Below are positions 24,077 to 37,200 of a stretch of 64,000 nt of DNA, piece by piece. Source of the stretch: Lingula anatina (taxonomy: Eukaryota > Animalia > Brachiopoda); the NCBI GenBank assembly GCA_051362555.1, contig CM120642.1, forward strand, positions 21,638,001 to 21,702,000, in the 5' to 3' direction. A model generated the notes under the pieces. It ran no database searches and was not told where the DNA came from. It saw only the letters and a program-made list of their open reading frames with translations. Positions within the stretch are counted from its first letter, which is position 1. Each line of letters begins with the position of its first letter. The translations under genes were made by a program, and so were the position numbers.

Positions 24077-24522
24077 AAGAATATCGAGAATCAATTTTTT
24101 AATTAATAATTACTAAAATATTGGTTGCATTTGTTATTCCAGATTTGAAGAAGAAAATGAAGTGCTTATTATAAGTTAAACATGTCGACATGTTTTTTTA
24201 TGATATTTATTTTTTTTTTTTCATTTTTCATTTTAGATGGTTGGCCTCGTGATGCACAGAATTTTGTTCAATGAATTTTAGAATTGCTTTTCAGAATTTG
24301 GCTTTGCTTTCTTTATATAATGCTGTCATTAGAGAAAAGTAGATAGATGGGCTTAACCAGCACAATGCATGGGTGTATTAATCCAGCTTGCATGTTTGCT
24401 AGATATATCATTATATATTTCACTAATGGTATATACTTGTGAAAATGAAGTTTTCCGGAAATCGGAAACATCACCATTAACCATCATTTCAAATCACAGT
24501 TAGTATTTGGAAACAGTCTTAA

Positions 24523-26096
24523 GGGATCTTGGATATTAACGAAAAAGTCCAAAACTAATGCAGCTAATGAAATTTCCTATTAACTTAAAGAAAAGGTCTA
24601 GCAAGCCAAACAATTTTTCAAAGTTTGTAGTCACAGTGTAACACGAGTGACGTAATATCAGCGTTTTGAGGCTAAAATTGTCTTTTTTTTAATCAAGAAT
24701 TTCTCTTAAACAAAAAGCCCTATTAATACGATTGAAATAGCTATCTAAAGGTTAGCACAAACTCCATTAAACTCTGTCAGGATTTTCTCTTTTTATTTTT
24801 ACTTTTGATTTTATTTTGATAAAACGTGAATTTTACGAAATATATATGGACCTTCCAATTTCAGTATTAATAACTTCAAAAATAAAAGGTCAATCCAAAA
24901 ACCAAGACTCAGACGACTAGATATTATACTGAAACAGAGACACATCAAATTTCATGTCAATCTGACAGTTACAGAATGAGATATGGGGATTGAAGTTTAG
25001 ACTATGTTATCAATCTTCAAAGCTGAGAAATCGCTCCTAAACCATTTTGCTCAGGTAACTGGGCTATTTAAGCAAAATAATTGCACCTCCACCTTACCTG
25101 TTATCATCTTGTTGATCGGGAAGGTCTATACACCATTACGTGTTAAAATTGGGTTGTTTGTTTCTATCTAGATGCCAGAAAATCTTACTTTTGTACGCAA
25201 ACTTATTCGTACCACGAAAGTCGCTCTTCCCTGGGAAATGATTGACAGCTGAGTAGGTCTACCTACTCTCGTTTCACTGACGTAATTAATCATAATTGTG
25301 CCTGACGCAGTAGGAGTCTGTGCACTGTCTAGGAAGTGTCTAAGGAAGCGCTTACAAACAAAAAGAGGATTACTTGGTGTGCCAGCAGAGGACAATGCCA
25401 CCCGTCGTGCGTGGGCGCCGCTCTACACACCAAGACGCGAAAGTTGAGAAAGTAAAGCAAGATTTACTCCGAGAAATGGCCGAATGTGGGTACGTATATG
25501 CCATGATGCCACAGAGTGCCAAGACCGTAATATGCGAATTTGAAAATGTTTTGGGTGGCAATATTACTTTAAAACTTGCTTGCTATTACAATCTTTATTG
25601 TGCATAAAATGATTGCCTAACGATTTTTTTCTGACAACCCCAGACGTTGTACGAATACTCAGCAGTTCAAGTGTGATCTCGAGTCTTTACCGCGGGGTTT
25701 CTCCATCCACCAGAAGCACTCTCTTTCAAAATTCTCTTGCTTTCCTCGCTCATCCGTTTTCTCACGACTTTCTTTCTTCCCATGACTGTGTATATAACTG
25801 TGTTCTGCTTAGCTGACGTAAGACTTATGAGCTGCCAGGGCACGCGTAACAGCTTAAGAAGTTAGACAACCATTCTTGCCCCGCCCCCATAGTAACGGTG
25901 CTTGACAACGGAGGCGGAGCCTAAAGCCTGCCACCCGTACCAGTCAGGACAGGTAGAAAAACTCGTCCAAATGTATATTTTTAGTCCGTGTTTCACAAAT
26001 ATTACTTAATTGAGTATTAGATACAAAATTGATTATTTCTAACGTATAAAAAACTAAAAATCGAGTTTTAGACGTATTTTTAATATCCTAGACCCC
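24523..26096. mobile_element. TTAA-flanked TIR element with GG termini (Kolobok-like, non-autonomous)
   Basis: TTAA|GGGATCTTGGATATTAA ... TTAATATCCTAGACCCC|TTAA. A possible decayed ORF start (MGRKKVVRKR) lies on the minus strand near 25783. Confidence 0.7.
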
Positions 26097-26474
26097 TTAA
26101 GTATTTAATGGGTAATATTGATGTCAAACTTGTATTTTTCAATCTTAGAAGTACACAACTCTTTATTGTACAAAAATGTAAACTGCAGCACATTGTATAT
26201 TCACACAGTCTAACCTGTAATTTTTGCACATACAAGAAAGAAGTGTTTGAAGTTACATGTGAATGATAAAGTCTCCCTTGTAAGGAGGGTTGTCCTTTTT
26301 GGTCCAAAAAGTCGGGTGTTACATTACTGTGTCTGCTGATATTTATTTTATACAGTAACACCATTCATGCATGCCTATTACATTGCACTCAGCCTTAAAA
26401 AACAATTTCACATTTTAAAATAATTTTCTAATGTCTTTAATTTTAACACTGTGTGACATTAACCTCTATTACAG

Positions 26475-26612
26475 CCAGCCAATCAAACTCAGGCGGAGGC
26501 AGTGGTGGACCAGGAGGAGGAGGAGGAGGAGGTGGAGGTTTTGGGGGTGGAGCACCTTCCGGATTAGGCGGCTTATTTGCTGGTGGAATGCCAAAGCTTA
26601 GACCTGTAGGAA
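26475..26612 (+). CDS. WIPF: Orphan exon of a WIP/verprolin (WASP-interacting protein) family gene: Gly-rich linker + WH2-like motif
   Basis: ctctattacag acceptor, GGAA|gtgagt donor, 138 nt, phase 1-1. Encodes SQSNSGGGSGGPGGGGGGGGGFGGGAPSGLGGLFAGGMPKLRPVG, matching the WIP hallmark GLGGLFxxGMPKLR. Confidence 0.8.
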
Positions 26613-26639
26613 GTGAGTAGCATTCACATTATACAATAA

Positions 26640-26832
26640 GGCTGCATTCACAACCAGTTGATCCGTGAACTAACAGATAAGTCAATCAAATATGGCCAAC
26701 CCACTTGAAAGCTTGCCGCAAAATCCCCTCATAGACACTAAATAGATAATGTGGCAAGCTTTCGAGTGGGTTGGCATTATTTGATCTGCGAATCTGTTAG
26801 TCTGCATATCAACTTTGGTTGTGAATGTGGCC
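26640..26832. mobile_element. Palindromic PIF/Harbinger-like MITE
   Basis: taa|GGCTGCATTCACAACCA...GCCAACCCACTTGAAAGCTTGCC / GGCAAGCTTTCGAGTGGGTTGGC...TGGTTGTGAATGTGGCC|tta, with TWA flanks. Confidence 0.7.
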
Positions 26833-27021
26833 TTAGATGATAGGTGAGATGTATGGGTAGAGAAATAAGAATGTGGGTGATTATTAACTGTCTGTGTGTA
26901 ATTTCAACTCCCCAAACTACTTCCGATAGCCCTAAAGCAAGTTATCGCACCAAGGCCCTACAGTTGCTGTCACAGAAGAGTCAAAGTGCAATTATGTAAC
27001 TTGATCCAATCTTGAGTCATT

Positions 27022-29839
27022 ATGTACAGACACAGATGTGTCTGTACATATTGCCATCACCTGCGTCTGTCGTCGCCGTCGCCGTCGCCGGCGCCGTGCA
27101 CTTTCCTTGTAAACACGATAAGTGGAGGGCAGTTTTACTTTTTGGCTTTATATTTACAGAGCTGATGAATATTCATAAAACGCAGGTCAAGTTCGAAAAT
27201 CAGCATGATCGGGCCGTTATTGTAGAAGTTATGCTGTTTTTTCAATTTTCAGCATATATGCAACCCTGTAAACACATTTTAAGGAAATCCGTTAGGCCTG
27301 TTGTCATGAAACTCACAGGAGTAATCAATCTTACTAAAACGCAGGTCAAGTTTGAAAATCGGCATGATCGGCACTATTTTAGTAGTTATGCTGTTTTTTT
27401 CATTTTTCAGCATATATGCAACACTGTAAACACAATATAAGAAAAACAGATTGGCCAATTGTCATTAAACTCACAGGAGTGGTCAATCTTACTAAAACAA
27501 AGGGTGGGTTCGAAAATCAGCATAATCGGGCCATTATTTTAGAAGTTATGCTGTTTTTTCACATTTCCTCAGATTCAATTCTTAGGCATGTTAACAGTCT
27601 TATTATTTAACTAATAAGACATGTAAAAGTGTTTGGTTGACATTTCCTGCATCTTTACAACATTGTTAGTTGATTAAGTAAAAATGATGGTAAACTTGTT
27701 ATCGTGTATTGTGTAATAAAGTGTCAAAAATGGAAATAAACTCATATCATTGCAGTTTGTCAGATTCAATCATTCACTATGTGCAGAATTTCAGAATGGA
27801 GGAAATTGGCCATTTAACACTGTTGTATTGATATTTTGCCCATCTCATCAATTTTCTTAGTTGATCGTATAAAAATGGCAGTAACCTGTTAATTTTGTTT
27901 TATGTTAAAAAAATTGTTAAAAATGAAAAAAAAAAAAAAAAAAAACATTTCAGAACAGTGCTGTCTTTGTTTACATTTTGGCATTTTCAAGTTGTGACTT
28001 TGAAGTTCCATGGGCCTGAAGACCTTTGCTAGTCACATTTTCTGAATATCCATGATACTAATATTTTATTATTAAAAATTGATGGTCATTATGCTGTTAA
28101 ACATTATGTAATATTGCATCAAAATCTGAAAAAAATCTATTTAGGGCACTGCTCCCATGATGACCATTTAAGAAAAACCATGTCACTTACTGTTCTCAAA
28201 CAGTACAGTAAATAAGTACAGATGTGTCTGTACATATTGCCATCACCTGCGTCTGTCGTCGCCGCGTCACTGGCGCTGGCGCCGTGCACTTTCATTGTAA
28301 ACATGATAAGTGGAAGGCAGTTTTACTTTTTGGTTGTATATTTACAGAGCTGATGAATATTCATAAAATGCAGGTCAAGTTCGAAAATCAGCATGATCGG
28401 GCCTTTATTGTAGAAGTTATGCTGTTTTTTCACTTTTCAGCATATATGCAACACTGTAAACACAATATACGAAAAACAGATAGGCCAATTGTCATTAAAC
28501 TCACAGGAGTGGTCATTCCTGCTAAAACGCAGGTTGAGTTCAAAAATATGCATAATAGGGCCATTATTTTCAAGAAATGCTGTTTTTTTCACATTTCCTC
28601 AGATTAAATTCTTAGGCATGTTAACAGTTTCAATTTTTAATTAATAAGATACGTAAAAGTGTTTGTTTGGCATTTCCTGCATCTTTACAACATCATTAGT
28701 TGATTATGTAAAAATGATGGTAAACTTGTTATCGTGTATTGTGTAATAAAGTTTCAAAAATGGAAATAAACTCATATCATTGCAGTTTGTCAGATTCAAT
28801 CATTCACTATGTTCAGAATCTCAGAATGGAAGAAATTGGACATTTAACACTGCTCTATTAATATTTTTCCCATCTCATCAATTTTCTTAGTTGATCATAT
28901 AAAAACGGTAGTAAACTGTTAATTTTGTTTTATGTTAGAAATTGTTAAAACTGGAAAAAAAAAAACATTTCAGAACATTGCTGTCTTGTTTACATTTTGG
29001 CATTTTCAAGTCGTGACTTTGAAGTTCCATGGGCCTGAAGACCTTTGCTAGTCACATTTTCTGAATATCCATAATACTAATATTTAATTATTAAAATTGA
29101 TGATCATTATGCTGTTTAACATTATGTAATATTGCATCAAAATTTGAAAAAAAAAATATTTTGGGCACTGCTCCCATGATGACCATTTAAGAAAAACCAT
29201 GTCACTTACTGTTCTCAAACTTACAGGAAAGAAACATGGGACTAAAATACAGCTTCAGTAGGCAATGCAGTACGTTTGGTAATTCTTACTGCCAGTTAAA
29301 CGTTTTTTTTTTTTTTTTTTTTTGTGAAAATTTAATTTTTCACATATTGGCATTTTCAAGGTGTGACTTTGAAGTTGCACGGGCTTGAAGACCCATGCTA
29401 GTCACATTTTCTGAAAATCCATGATACATATATTTTATTATTAAAAACTGACGGTCATTATGCTGTTAAACATTATGTAATATGGCATCAGAATAGAAGA
29501 AAACACAATTTTGGGTGCTGCTGCCATGATGACCATTATGGGAAAACCTTGTTACTTATGATTGCCAAACTTTCAAAAAAGAAATACAGGACTAAAATGC
29601 AGCCTGAGTTGGAAAAGCAGTCTAATTGGCTTCTTTTTCTGGAAGTTATACATTTTCAAAGTGTGAACTTGTTACACATTTTACTTACATTGGTATTACC
29701 TGTTGAGCATAGTTAAAATTTGATGTTGAATTTGCAGTTTAACATAATGTACTTTTGCATCAGAATTGACAGTAGCCTATTTTGTGCATAGTTATTTCCT
29801 GTTTTTTGTCTGTACATTTGACAGCTTTGCTGCCTTGTT
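27022..29839 (+). mobile_element. HINE copy C (same dimeric subfamily as B)
   Basis: Same head, the same internal dimer junction (ctcaaacagtacagtaaata.gtacagatgtgtctgtac, ~28195-28232) and the same 3' end. Confidence 0.85.
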
Positions 29840-30270
29840 CAAATATTGGGACTTTCATCGTGTGAATTTGAACTCTCATGGTCCTGAAACTGTAATCTTA
29901 TTGAAGGGGTGGATTGAGACCATCTTCTGGGTCTTCCGGAAGATGGCCAGGTTTTTAAGTTTATATTGACTGGTATCTATTTTTTTCTGTTGGAAGACCA
30001 TCAAAATGGAGGATGGATCCACATAGATTCTTTGGAATACTCGTAACTGTCAGAAAATATCTCTGGGTCCACTCCTGTTATTGACCATGTTACCTGTTGT
30101 GCATGATTAAAATTCAGTGTTGACTGACAGTGCTATTATAAGCATTATTTATTATTGCATCAAAATTGACAAAATGACCTATTTTGCATCTTTATTTTCT
30201 GTTTTTTTGTCTGTACATTTGACAGCTTTGCTGCCTTGTTAACTTAATGCCGTATATTTAATGTGTTCAG

Positions 30271-30372
30271 TATATCGGCTGTGACTACCGGCAGTGTAAC
30301 TCTACCATACGGTATTCCAATGATGAGCTCTGTCACAGGTGTAGAGACGTGGAGGCCTGCTTCAGTGACGAT
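30271..30372 (+). CDS. Cys-rich host exon
   Basis: tgttcag acceptor, GAT|gtgagt donor, 102 nt, phase 0-0: YIGCDYRQCNSTIRYSNDELCHRCRDVEACFSDD. Confidence 0.7.
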
Positions 30373-30556
30373 GTGAGTGAGTGATATATAATGTAAATAA
30401 AAATAAGAAGAACAATTAACCATTAACGGACCCACAATCTGTTTCACATTATATTGGGTGCCGTTATAATCCTTCCGTAAAGTATTTTGTGTAAATGTGT
30501 TAATGCCATTTCTTGTAAGTAAGCTATGATGACTGTACTATGTAATGACATACATA

Positions 30557-31167
30557 CAGCATTGGTCAAAAAGGTTGTCCCACCCCCATTTCCATGTACT
30601 TTTATTTACAAATGATCACCTCATAGCTGTGAACTGTTAGAAATAGTGCTTTTTATCACGGATACCTTGTCTAACATGATTAATGGTTAAAAAAAAATAC
30701 AAAATAGTGGTGAAAATATACATATTTTATACTATTTAGTAAAATTTATAAGAGGTACCCCCTCAAATCGACTGTTTCACTGTGACTTCTAAAGATGTAA
30801 AGAAATGTCTATAAATTTGAAAAGACGCCATCAAATGTCACAAAATTCACACACAATTAGCATTAGGGTGTGCTCGTTAAAGATCACGTGCCTAACAGCG
30901 TGTGCGTCTACCGCGTACTGCAAAAGACCGCGTACTGCAATTATCTCCTGTAGACGGCGCGACAAGCATTCAACATGGGTAACAATTCTGTTATGTGGGA
31001 TATTGTCCCATTCTTCTTAAATTTTGTATTTTTTAAACCATTAATGATGTTAGACACGGTATACGTAATAAAAAACACTATTTCTAACAATTAACAGCTG
31101 TTAGGTGATCATTTGTAAATAAAGGTACATGGAAATGGGGGTGGGACAACCTTTTTGACCAATGCTG
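30557..31167. mobile_element. Tc1/mariner-type MITE with ~150-bp TIRs
   Basis: TA|CAGCATTGGTCAAAAAGGTTGTCCCACCCCCATTTCCATGTAC... with its reverse complement ending at 31167|TA. Confidence 0.9.
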
Positions 31168-31275
31168 TATGTTTTTTTTTTCATATTTAATAACTGAACA
31201 AATACCATCCATCGTGTCTAATTATTCTACAAATTACCTTAGGAAATATGTTTTCTTGCATATTACACCGGTTAG

Positions 31276-34200
31276 ATCTCATATAGCTGCCGTCAATGGG
31301 ACATGAGGAAATGCCCAAATGGCCTAGTGCGACCGGTCTATAACCATGGCAACCAAGCCCTGGATACGACCCTGCAAACGTGAAGGTCATTAAGCCTGAC
31401 AGAGAGTTTTATGTGTGCCCTATATTAAACACGAAACAAAGAGGTGAGCATCCATGTATGACATCTGTAATGTTTATGAATTTTTGAAATATGATGCAAA
31501 GTGGAATACGAGGTTTTTCATAATATGCCTCCTTTTATGTGTTCTATCAAAAGTTTGCAAGTCTGTAAGTATATTTTGTTGAACATACCGTCGTGTTACT
31601 GCAATATTTGTGAAAAAATGTAACAAATATTTCATATCAGGGGAACGATAACTTGAATAAATAATTAACAAAGTGTTTGATGCCTTTTACTATTGCTGTA
31701 CCAAAGGTTAACCCGTAGTTCACCATAAAGATACAGTTATTACAGTGATCATGGTAGTCCTATTTAAGTAAGGCTTCAATATTTATTTCCACACGCAATT
31801 GAATAAAAATTTAAAACGCATGCTGATTTTTGTTTGCATTTATCTGAATAATTCTTGATAGGTCACTCCATTCTTGTGACCAGAGACAAGGTCAAGTATC
31901 CCAGGTCCAGAGATTTTGTCATTGTCAGCAAGCAAGCTGGAGAAATCATGCATAAAGTGTACGCAACTCAAGAAAAAGGTGAGTTTATTATACTGCATGT
32001 AACACTATTTTCAACCAAAGATCATCATGCTTATGACGTTATGTCAGTTGAAGTAGTGATATTTCTAGCACATTAATATAGCATAATCCATAACCTGAAA
32101 ATATTACTAAAGTACGTCCTATAAAAGTTTCATATCCATGACGTTTAACCAATAATCGACATAAAATATAAACGTGTATTTTAGGACAAAGTGGTATATT
32201 TTATTAAAGCGAGATTTTAATTTAATCCTCCCCCTTAAAAGTATTTTAATAGGCTTATAGCATTTGCATGATACATCGTGTACATCGTAGTATTATGTTT
32301 TTATCAGTTATGGCAATCGTTTTGTTCAGGAACATACCGATATTTTGTCGCTGTAAGGGCCTCGTTGGAAGATGTCATCCAGTATGCCAACTTTAACCAA
32401 ACAGTTCCTGTCCGTTCCCTCATGGATGACAGGACGCTTGAGCACATGCCGGAAAAACGCATTTTTAAAATTGCCTCTGCGTGGGAAGGAGCAGCCATTA
32501 GAGGTTCCTTAGTTCACTTGGTAAAAGGTGAATCTCGTGAAGTTCTGATTTTAAATTGTTCCCCAAATAATAATAATAATAATAAACAATAAATATAAAC
32601 GGTTGAAAAACTGAGTGCAACTTTGCTAGTATAAAGTATTTACCCTACACTACAGGAAGTAGCGTACGTATTCATTTGATAAATATGTGAACCAGTGTCA
32701 GCTGATAAAAATAGTTCATTTCTCATTTTAGATGATCATGTTTTTAAATGTCTTGGACATTGGTACAATGTGACCATAAGACCTGTGGCGTCTCAGTACA
32801 TTGTGCTACGACAGAGTATGTCAAAACACATTGGCGTTGGCGATGTCGTCGTCGGCAGGGAAAGTCAGGGCTTCCTCGAGGACATAGAGGATGTTGTAAC
32901 AGAATCTGAGGCTGTGACGTATCACGCCAAAGTGAAGACGTGTAGTCAGGCTATGTCTTTTAGGTTAGTGGTATTTGTATACGATGAATACAACGTGCCG
33001 TTTTACATCTTAGTTACTTCAAAACGTGACATACATTATAGTATGTGTAGTACGTCATATTAAATTTCCGGTCCCTGTCGAACGTGACAGAGAGTCCCCC
33101 ATAACAGAGAGACCGCTTCCCATTCATTTGTACAGGTGAGCCTCGCCCTAGATTTTGGCCCACTTAGGTCAGGCTAACCCTAACCATTAAAACTATATGG
33201 ACGGCGGACTTTCTGTTACACAGACACTTAGTTTCGTTACACCGGTCGAACAATAAATAATCTATTTGGAAACGACAACTAATTTTCTCCGTCTCCTTGG
33301 AATATTCTGAGGCTTTGTTATGAATAGTGACACGGCAATTTTTTTTTTTTTTTTTTTGCTAATAATTGGTCGACAGTGGTACGTATAGAAGTATTCATTT
33401 TAGAATGCCAAAGGAAAGTACACTGTACATTTTTAATGTGTTCGTACATGCATATAATTGATACTTAGCATTTTTATGTAGAAAAGCGCATGACATGTGG
33501 CGTACTCGATGTGTTTTCTAGTTTAATTGCTGTCTCTCCTGTCTCCACATCTATCACTATGTACTGTCACGGCGGAGAACAGAATGACAGAAGCCTGCAC
33601 ATTAGTGAGTCAGTGAATCAAGAGACGGCGCCACCAGTCGTAGGCGACGTCATTCCAGGACGTACATCTGGCGCCTTTCTCGGTCAGGTAAACTATACTT
33701 GACTGGTATATCATATCACCATTTGACTCGGCAGCATATACATGTAGAATATAGCATTGTAACAAGGCAAGATGAACCGATTTTGATATTGAGCATATAA
33801 CGTTAAAACTATATAATGCATAATTGTTCCACATTTTCTGTATGACTTTTATAGAATAAAATATGAAGATGTAGGTGCATGTTTAGCATACCGTAACCAA
33901 TCTGGGCTTCAAAAGAGATATACTATTCGTATTCAGGTTATTTCAAGGTTTGAGAAAGGGGGCTACATTTTCCTGGAGTGTATCCCCATCCAGGACTTAA
34001 ACTAAGACACAGTGCTGACGTCTGCTCCCTACACTGCTTTCCACCCCGACAGACGACTGAACAACCAAATATCCACTGATGGCATATTTACATCACTGAA
34101 AAAGGAGGCGGTGTTTGAGGTAATTACTGTACCTGCGGTGTCAACTTAAATTTTGTTCCTGCGAGTATTGAATAAAGTGGATATTACATATATTGTAGCT

Positions 34201-37200
34201 TGTCGTTAAACTGAATAATGATATGGAAAACATATTGGTAGATACTTAAGCTACCGTTGCGGCGACCTAATAATACAATGAATTTAATTATATAATGTGT
34301 TTTATTAAGGTTACGTACTTAGTACTTATATACACGAAACACATATTCTGGAATACATGAATGCACTCGGTACTCCACACCCCCCTTGCTTTGCATCCAC
34401 ACCACCCCCTTCGCTTTGAACTAGTCCTTTCCCCCTTAAGTATATCGCAGTGTATAAGATGAACATTTATCTTTGTATATAGACAACTTCAGCGTTGAGA
34501 AAGCAGCTGTCAGTTGACATGAATATAGTGGTGACAACAGGACTGCAGCTCCATCTACAGTCCACAGTTCCAAAAGCACAGAAGATAGGGATCCGACTGG
34601 AGGCAACCATTGACTACAATATGAACAACAGTTATGAAGCATTGGTCAGGTGTGAATGGTCCAGTGATTTACATTCTTAACGTAGACAACGTAATGCGCA
34701 CAAGTTGTAGATTGTTGAATAAAAGTCATGGCTTGTTGTTTTTTAATTTCATTGTTTCCAACCATAATTGTTATTACTACAAGCAAGGAATACGTACTTG
34801 CTACAAGCAATGGCTGCCCATTAAGGAAATATCACAATTTGGCCATTTTACAATTGCAACATACGGTACATGCCTAACTACTCTTAGATAATCTGTATGC
34901 TGTTTTAAACTTTTAAACTTCAGATACACCGAAGTCAACGAAGATCATTATCTTGTATCTAAACGTACATCTCTTGGCGTGCACTGCTTGGCTATCTCAC
35001 AAGACGTCTGCTTGCCTCTTAATATTGCTCTCCTCAACATGAAGTACAGTTTTACGGCAACATCCCAGGTAAGTGGGAAGCGGTAACACCGACCAAAAAC
35101 GGTTTAACTGTACCGGTGGTCTGTTGAAGTCGCCTGTTTGAGAGGGGGTGGGCGTCCTTCGCCCTATGTTCACAGTTTATAACACACTTGTAATACACGA
35201 CCACCCACGGTGAAGCCATTGTGTTCTGTTGTTCCTGCAATCCCCAGCTGCCTATGTGTATGTGTGTGTGTTTTTTAATCATGGAACTCGCCCAAATTTC
35301 AGGGCACTGGCGTATTGCGACATCATTCCCGAGGACGAGTCCGGCAAACTCTCGGTGCAACTTGGAGATATGGAGCCGACGGGGAGCATTTTCACAGAGC
35401 TGCTGTAAGTTTCAGTTCGCTGGGCATTATTATTATAATTAAATTATTTGCAACTTATTTGATACTTTCGGTTTACTGCATTTCAACCAGAATTTGTTCT
35501 TAGCGAAAAAGACAATGTGAAATTATCTTTGTGAAAAAGAAAAAATCCCCCCCGCTTCATTAGCTGCTCCCAGGCTATCCAAAGGCACCCACTTTTGCTG
35601 TAAGGTGCCGATGTGTGGTTCTATTATTGATGTTCGTAGTGAAAGCTCTACTCACATTATTTATCTATTCCGTTCAACCACTGTACCCTTGGTATTTTCA
35701 TTGTTCTAAGAAGTCCGTCCAATATTTAAGCGGTTTTTATGTACTTTGTTTATTAAATCATTTATAGCAGTATACATTAATACAGGGTATCAAACAAAAA
35801 CATGTTAGGGGTACATATTTAAAGGACAATAAATTCCAATTTAATTCTGAATATAGTTGCGATTATGGCTTTCAGATATTAAACTGTCTTCTGGAAATGA
35901 CTGTTGCTATTGAACACAAACAACCTGATGAGTTGATTCTGATAAACAACGTAATGGCGTTTTTAGGGGGAACAGATTGAATTGAAGCATCTGTTTTTTC
36001 CAGGCGACTGACGTGACACATGACGTAGATCACACAGATGACATGGGCAATGTTCATATAAACGTTGACATAGAACCAGCATTGCACGTGCAGTTTCCCA
36101 GTGCCTCGGATACCATAGTTTACTACCTCGTCAACCTTTCGCTAGTTCTCCGTTTTCTAGAGAATTTGATAGGTAAGTCCTACTCCAGAGTCCTAGTGTT
36201 CCAATACGGCTGTCACACATTTCTGCATATCACTTTATGTCCCCTGGTATTATTGATGTCTGTAACGCGGGTGCTTCGACGTACACATGGTGGGACTGCA
36301 TAATGAAGCCATCAGCAAACAGGGCATAGAATACCAGCAGAACCTACGTGTATGTACACATGTAGCACGGGCGAACACCTTGGCACATTTGTTAACGTTG
36401 TTTTATAAATTTGCTGCTGGAACTGGTGTGCAGTATTTTAAAAAATTCGTTAGCATTATTCTTTCAGAAACGACTGTACGCATTTTAGGGACTCTTAAGC
36501 GATGGCTGCTTTATTAGACTATTACAGTATAGTAGAAGACACATGTAGGTGGTGTGCATGCACGAACATGAGTGTGTGAATGTAATACACGGAGCTTATT
36601 TGGGGTTGGAATGCAGGAAACATGTCATTGTCGTTTCAGACCCCGGTGTTGTCAGCCGTTCTGAGACTGTCACATACACGACTACAGCCCCTATCACGGA
36701 CAGTTTGGACATTATCACGTGTTCTAAGATCTGTTCCGGGCGTGAGGGCGTGCACCTTGTGGTCCAAAAAGCGGGATCGGGATACAGAAAAGACGCTGGG
36801 TTTCTTCGTTTAGAAGCGTCATATTCGATTTTCACAAGCCTTGAAGAATATGTGCTTGTTCCTGATTCTGTAAAAGCTTCTGCGTAAGTGTGAGAACCGT
36901 TTTGTTTGACATCTTCATATCTGATGTGTGTATTACGTATTTCAGTTTAAGCGCCAACAGTTAAGTGTTTCAATATCAAGGTGCATTACCATACAGTTAT
37001 AGAAATGTTAACCAAGAACATCATCTTATCAATTCATTGCAGTCATGATATTAGAACTTACAGTGTATCTTTATTGTATACGTTTAAATATATTCATTTA
37101 ATGCATAGCACTCTATACTACTATAGAATGGTGATCATTAATAAATACATTTTAACCGATGGACATTGCAGGCGCTGTAGGCCAGCTACCGTAGCCACCA

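Larger units (their letters stand above)
18490..30240 (+). mobile_element. Helentron-associated non-autonomous element (HINE/DINE-1-like), copy A, split by a nested insertion (A = 18490-21195 + 29840-30240)
   Basis: 5' end: T-run, subTIR TGTACAGACA and inverted copy TGTCTGTACA, then (GTCGCC)n and a ~162-bp tandem array. 3' end: subTIR TGTCTGTACA, short palindrome CAGCtttGCTG, then CCTTGTT. Colinear with copy D. Confidence 0.85.

Noticed and set aside
26475-26612. Gly-rich exon as part of the host receptor gene
   Set aside because: Wrong phase for the host intron, it gives a stop in the host frame, and it lies inside a block absent from the paralogous HINE.
18399-29969. Many similar 60-150-aa ORFs (e.g. 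21177, 22709, 27012, 28224; also 37922-41400) that look like a paralogous gene family
   Set aside because: They are chance translations of the HINE repeat and its satellite units. Frames differ between copies and there is no recognisable domain.
33174-33186. Interstitial telomeric repeat CTAACCCTAACC
   Set aside because: Only two units; more likely internal to a small MITE.
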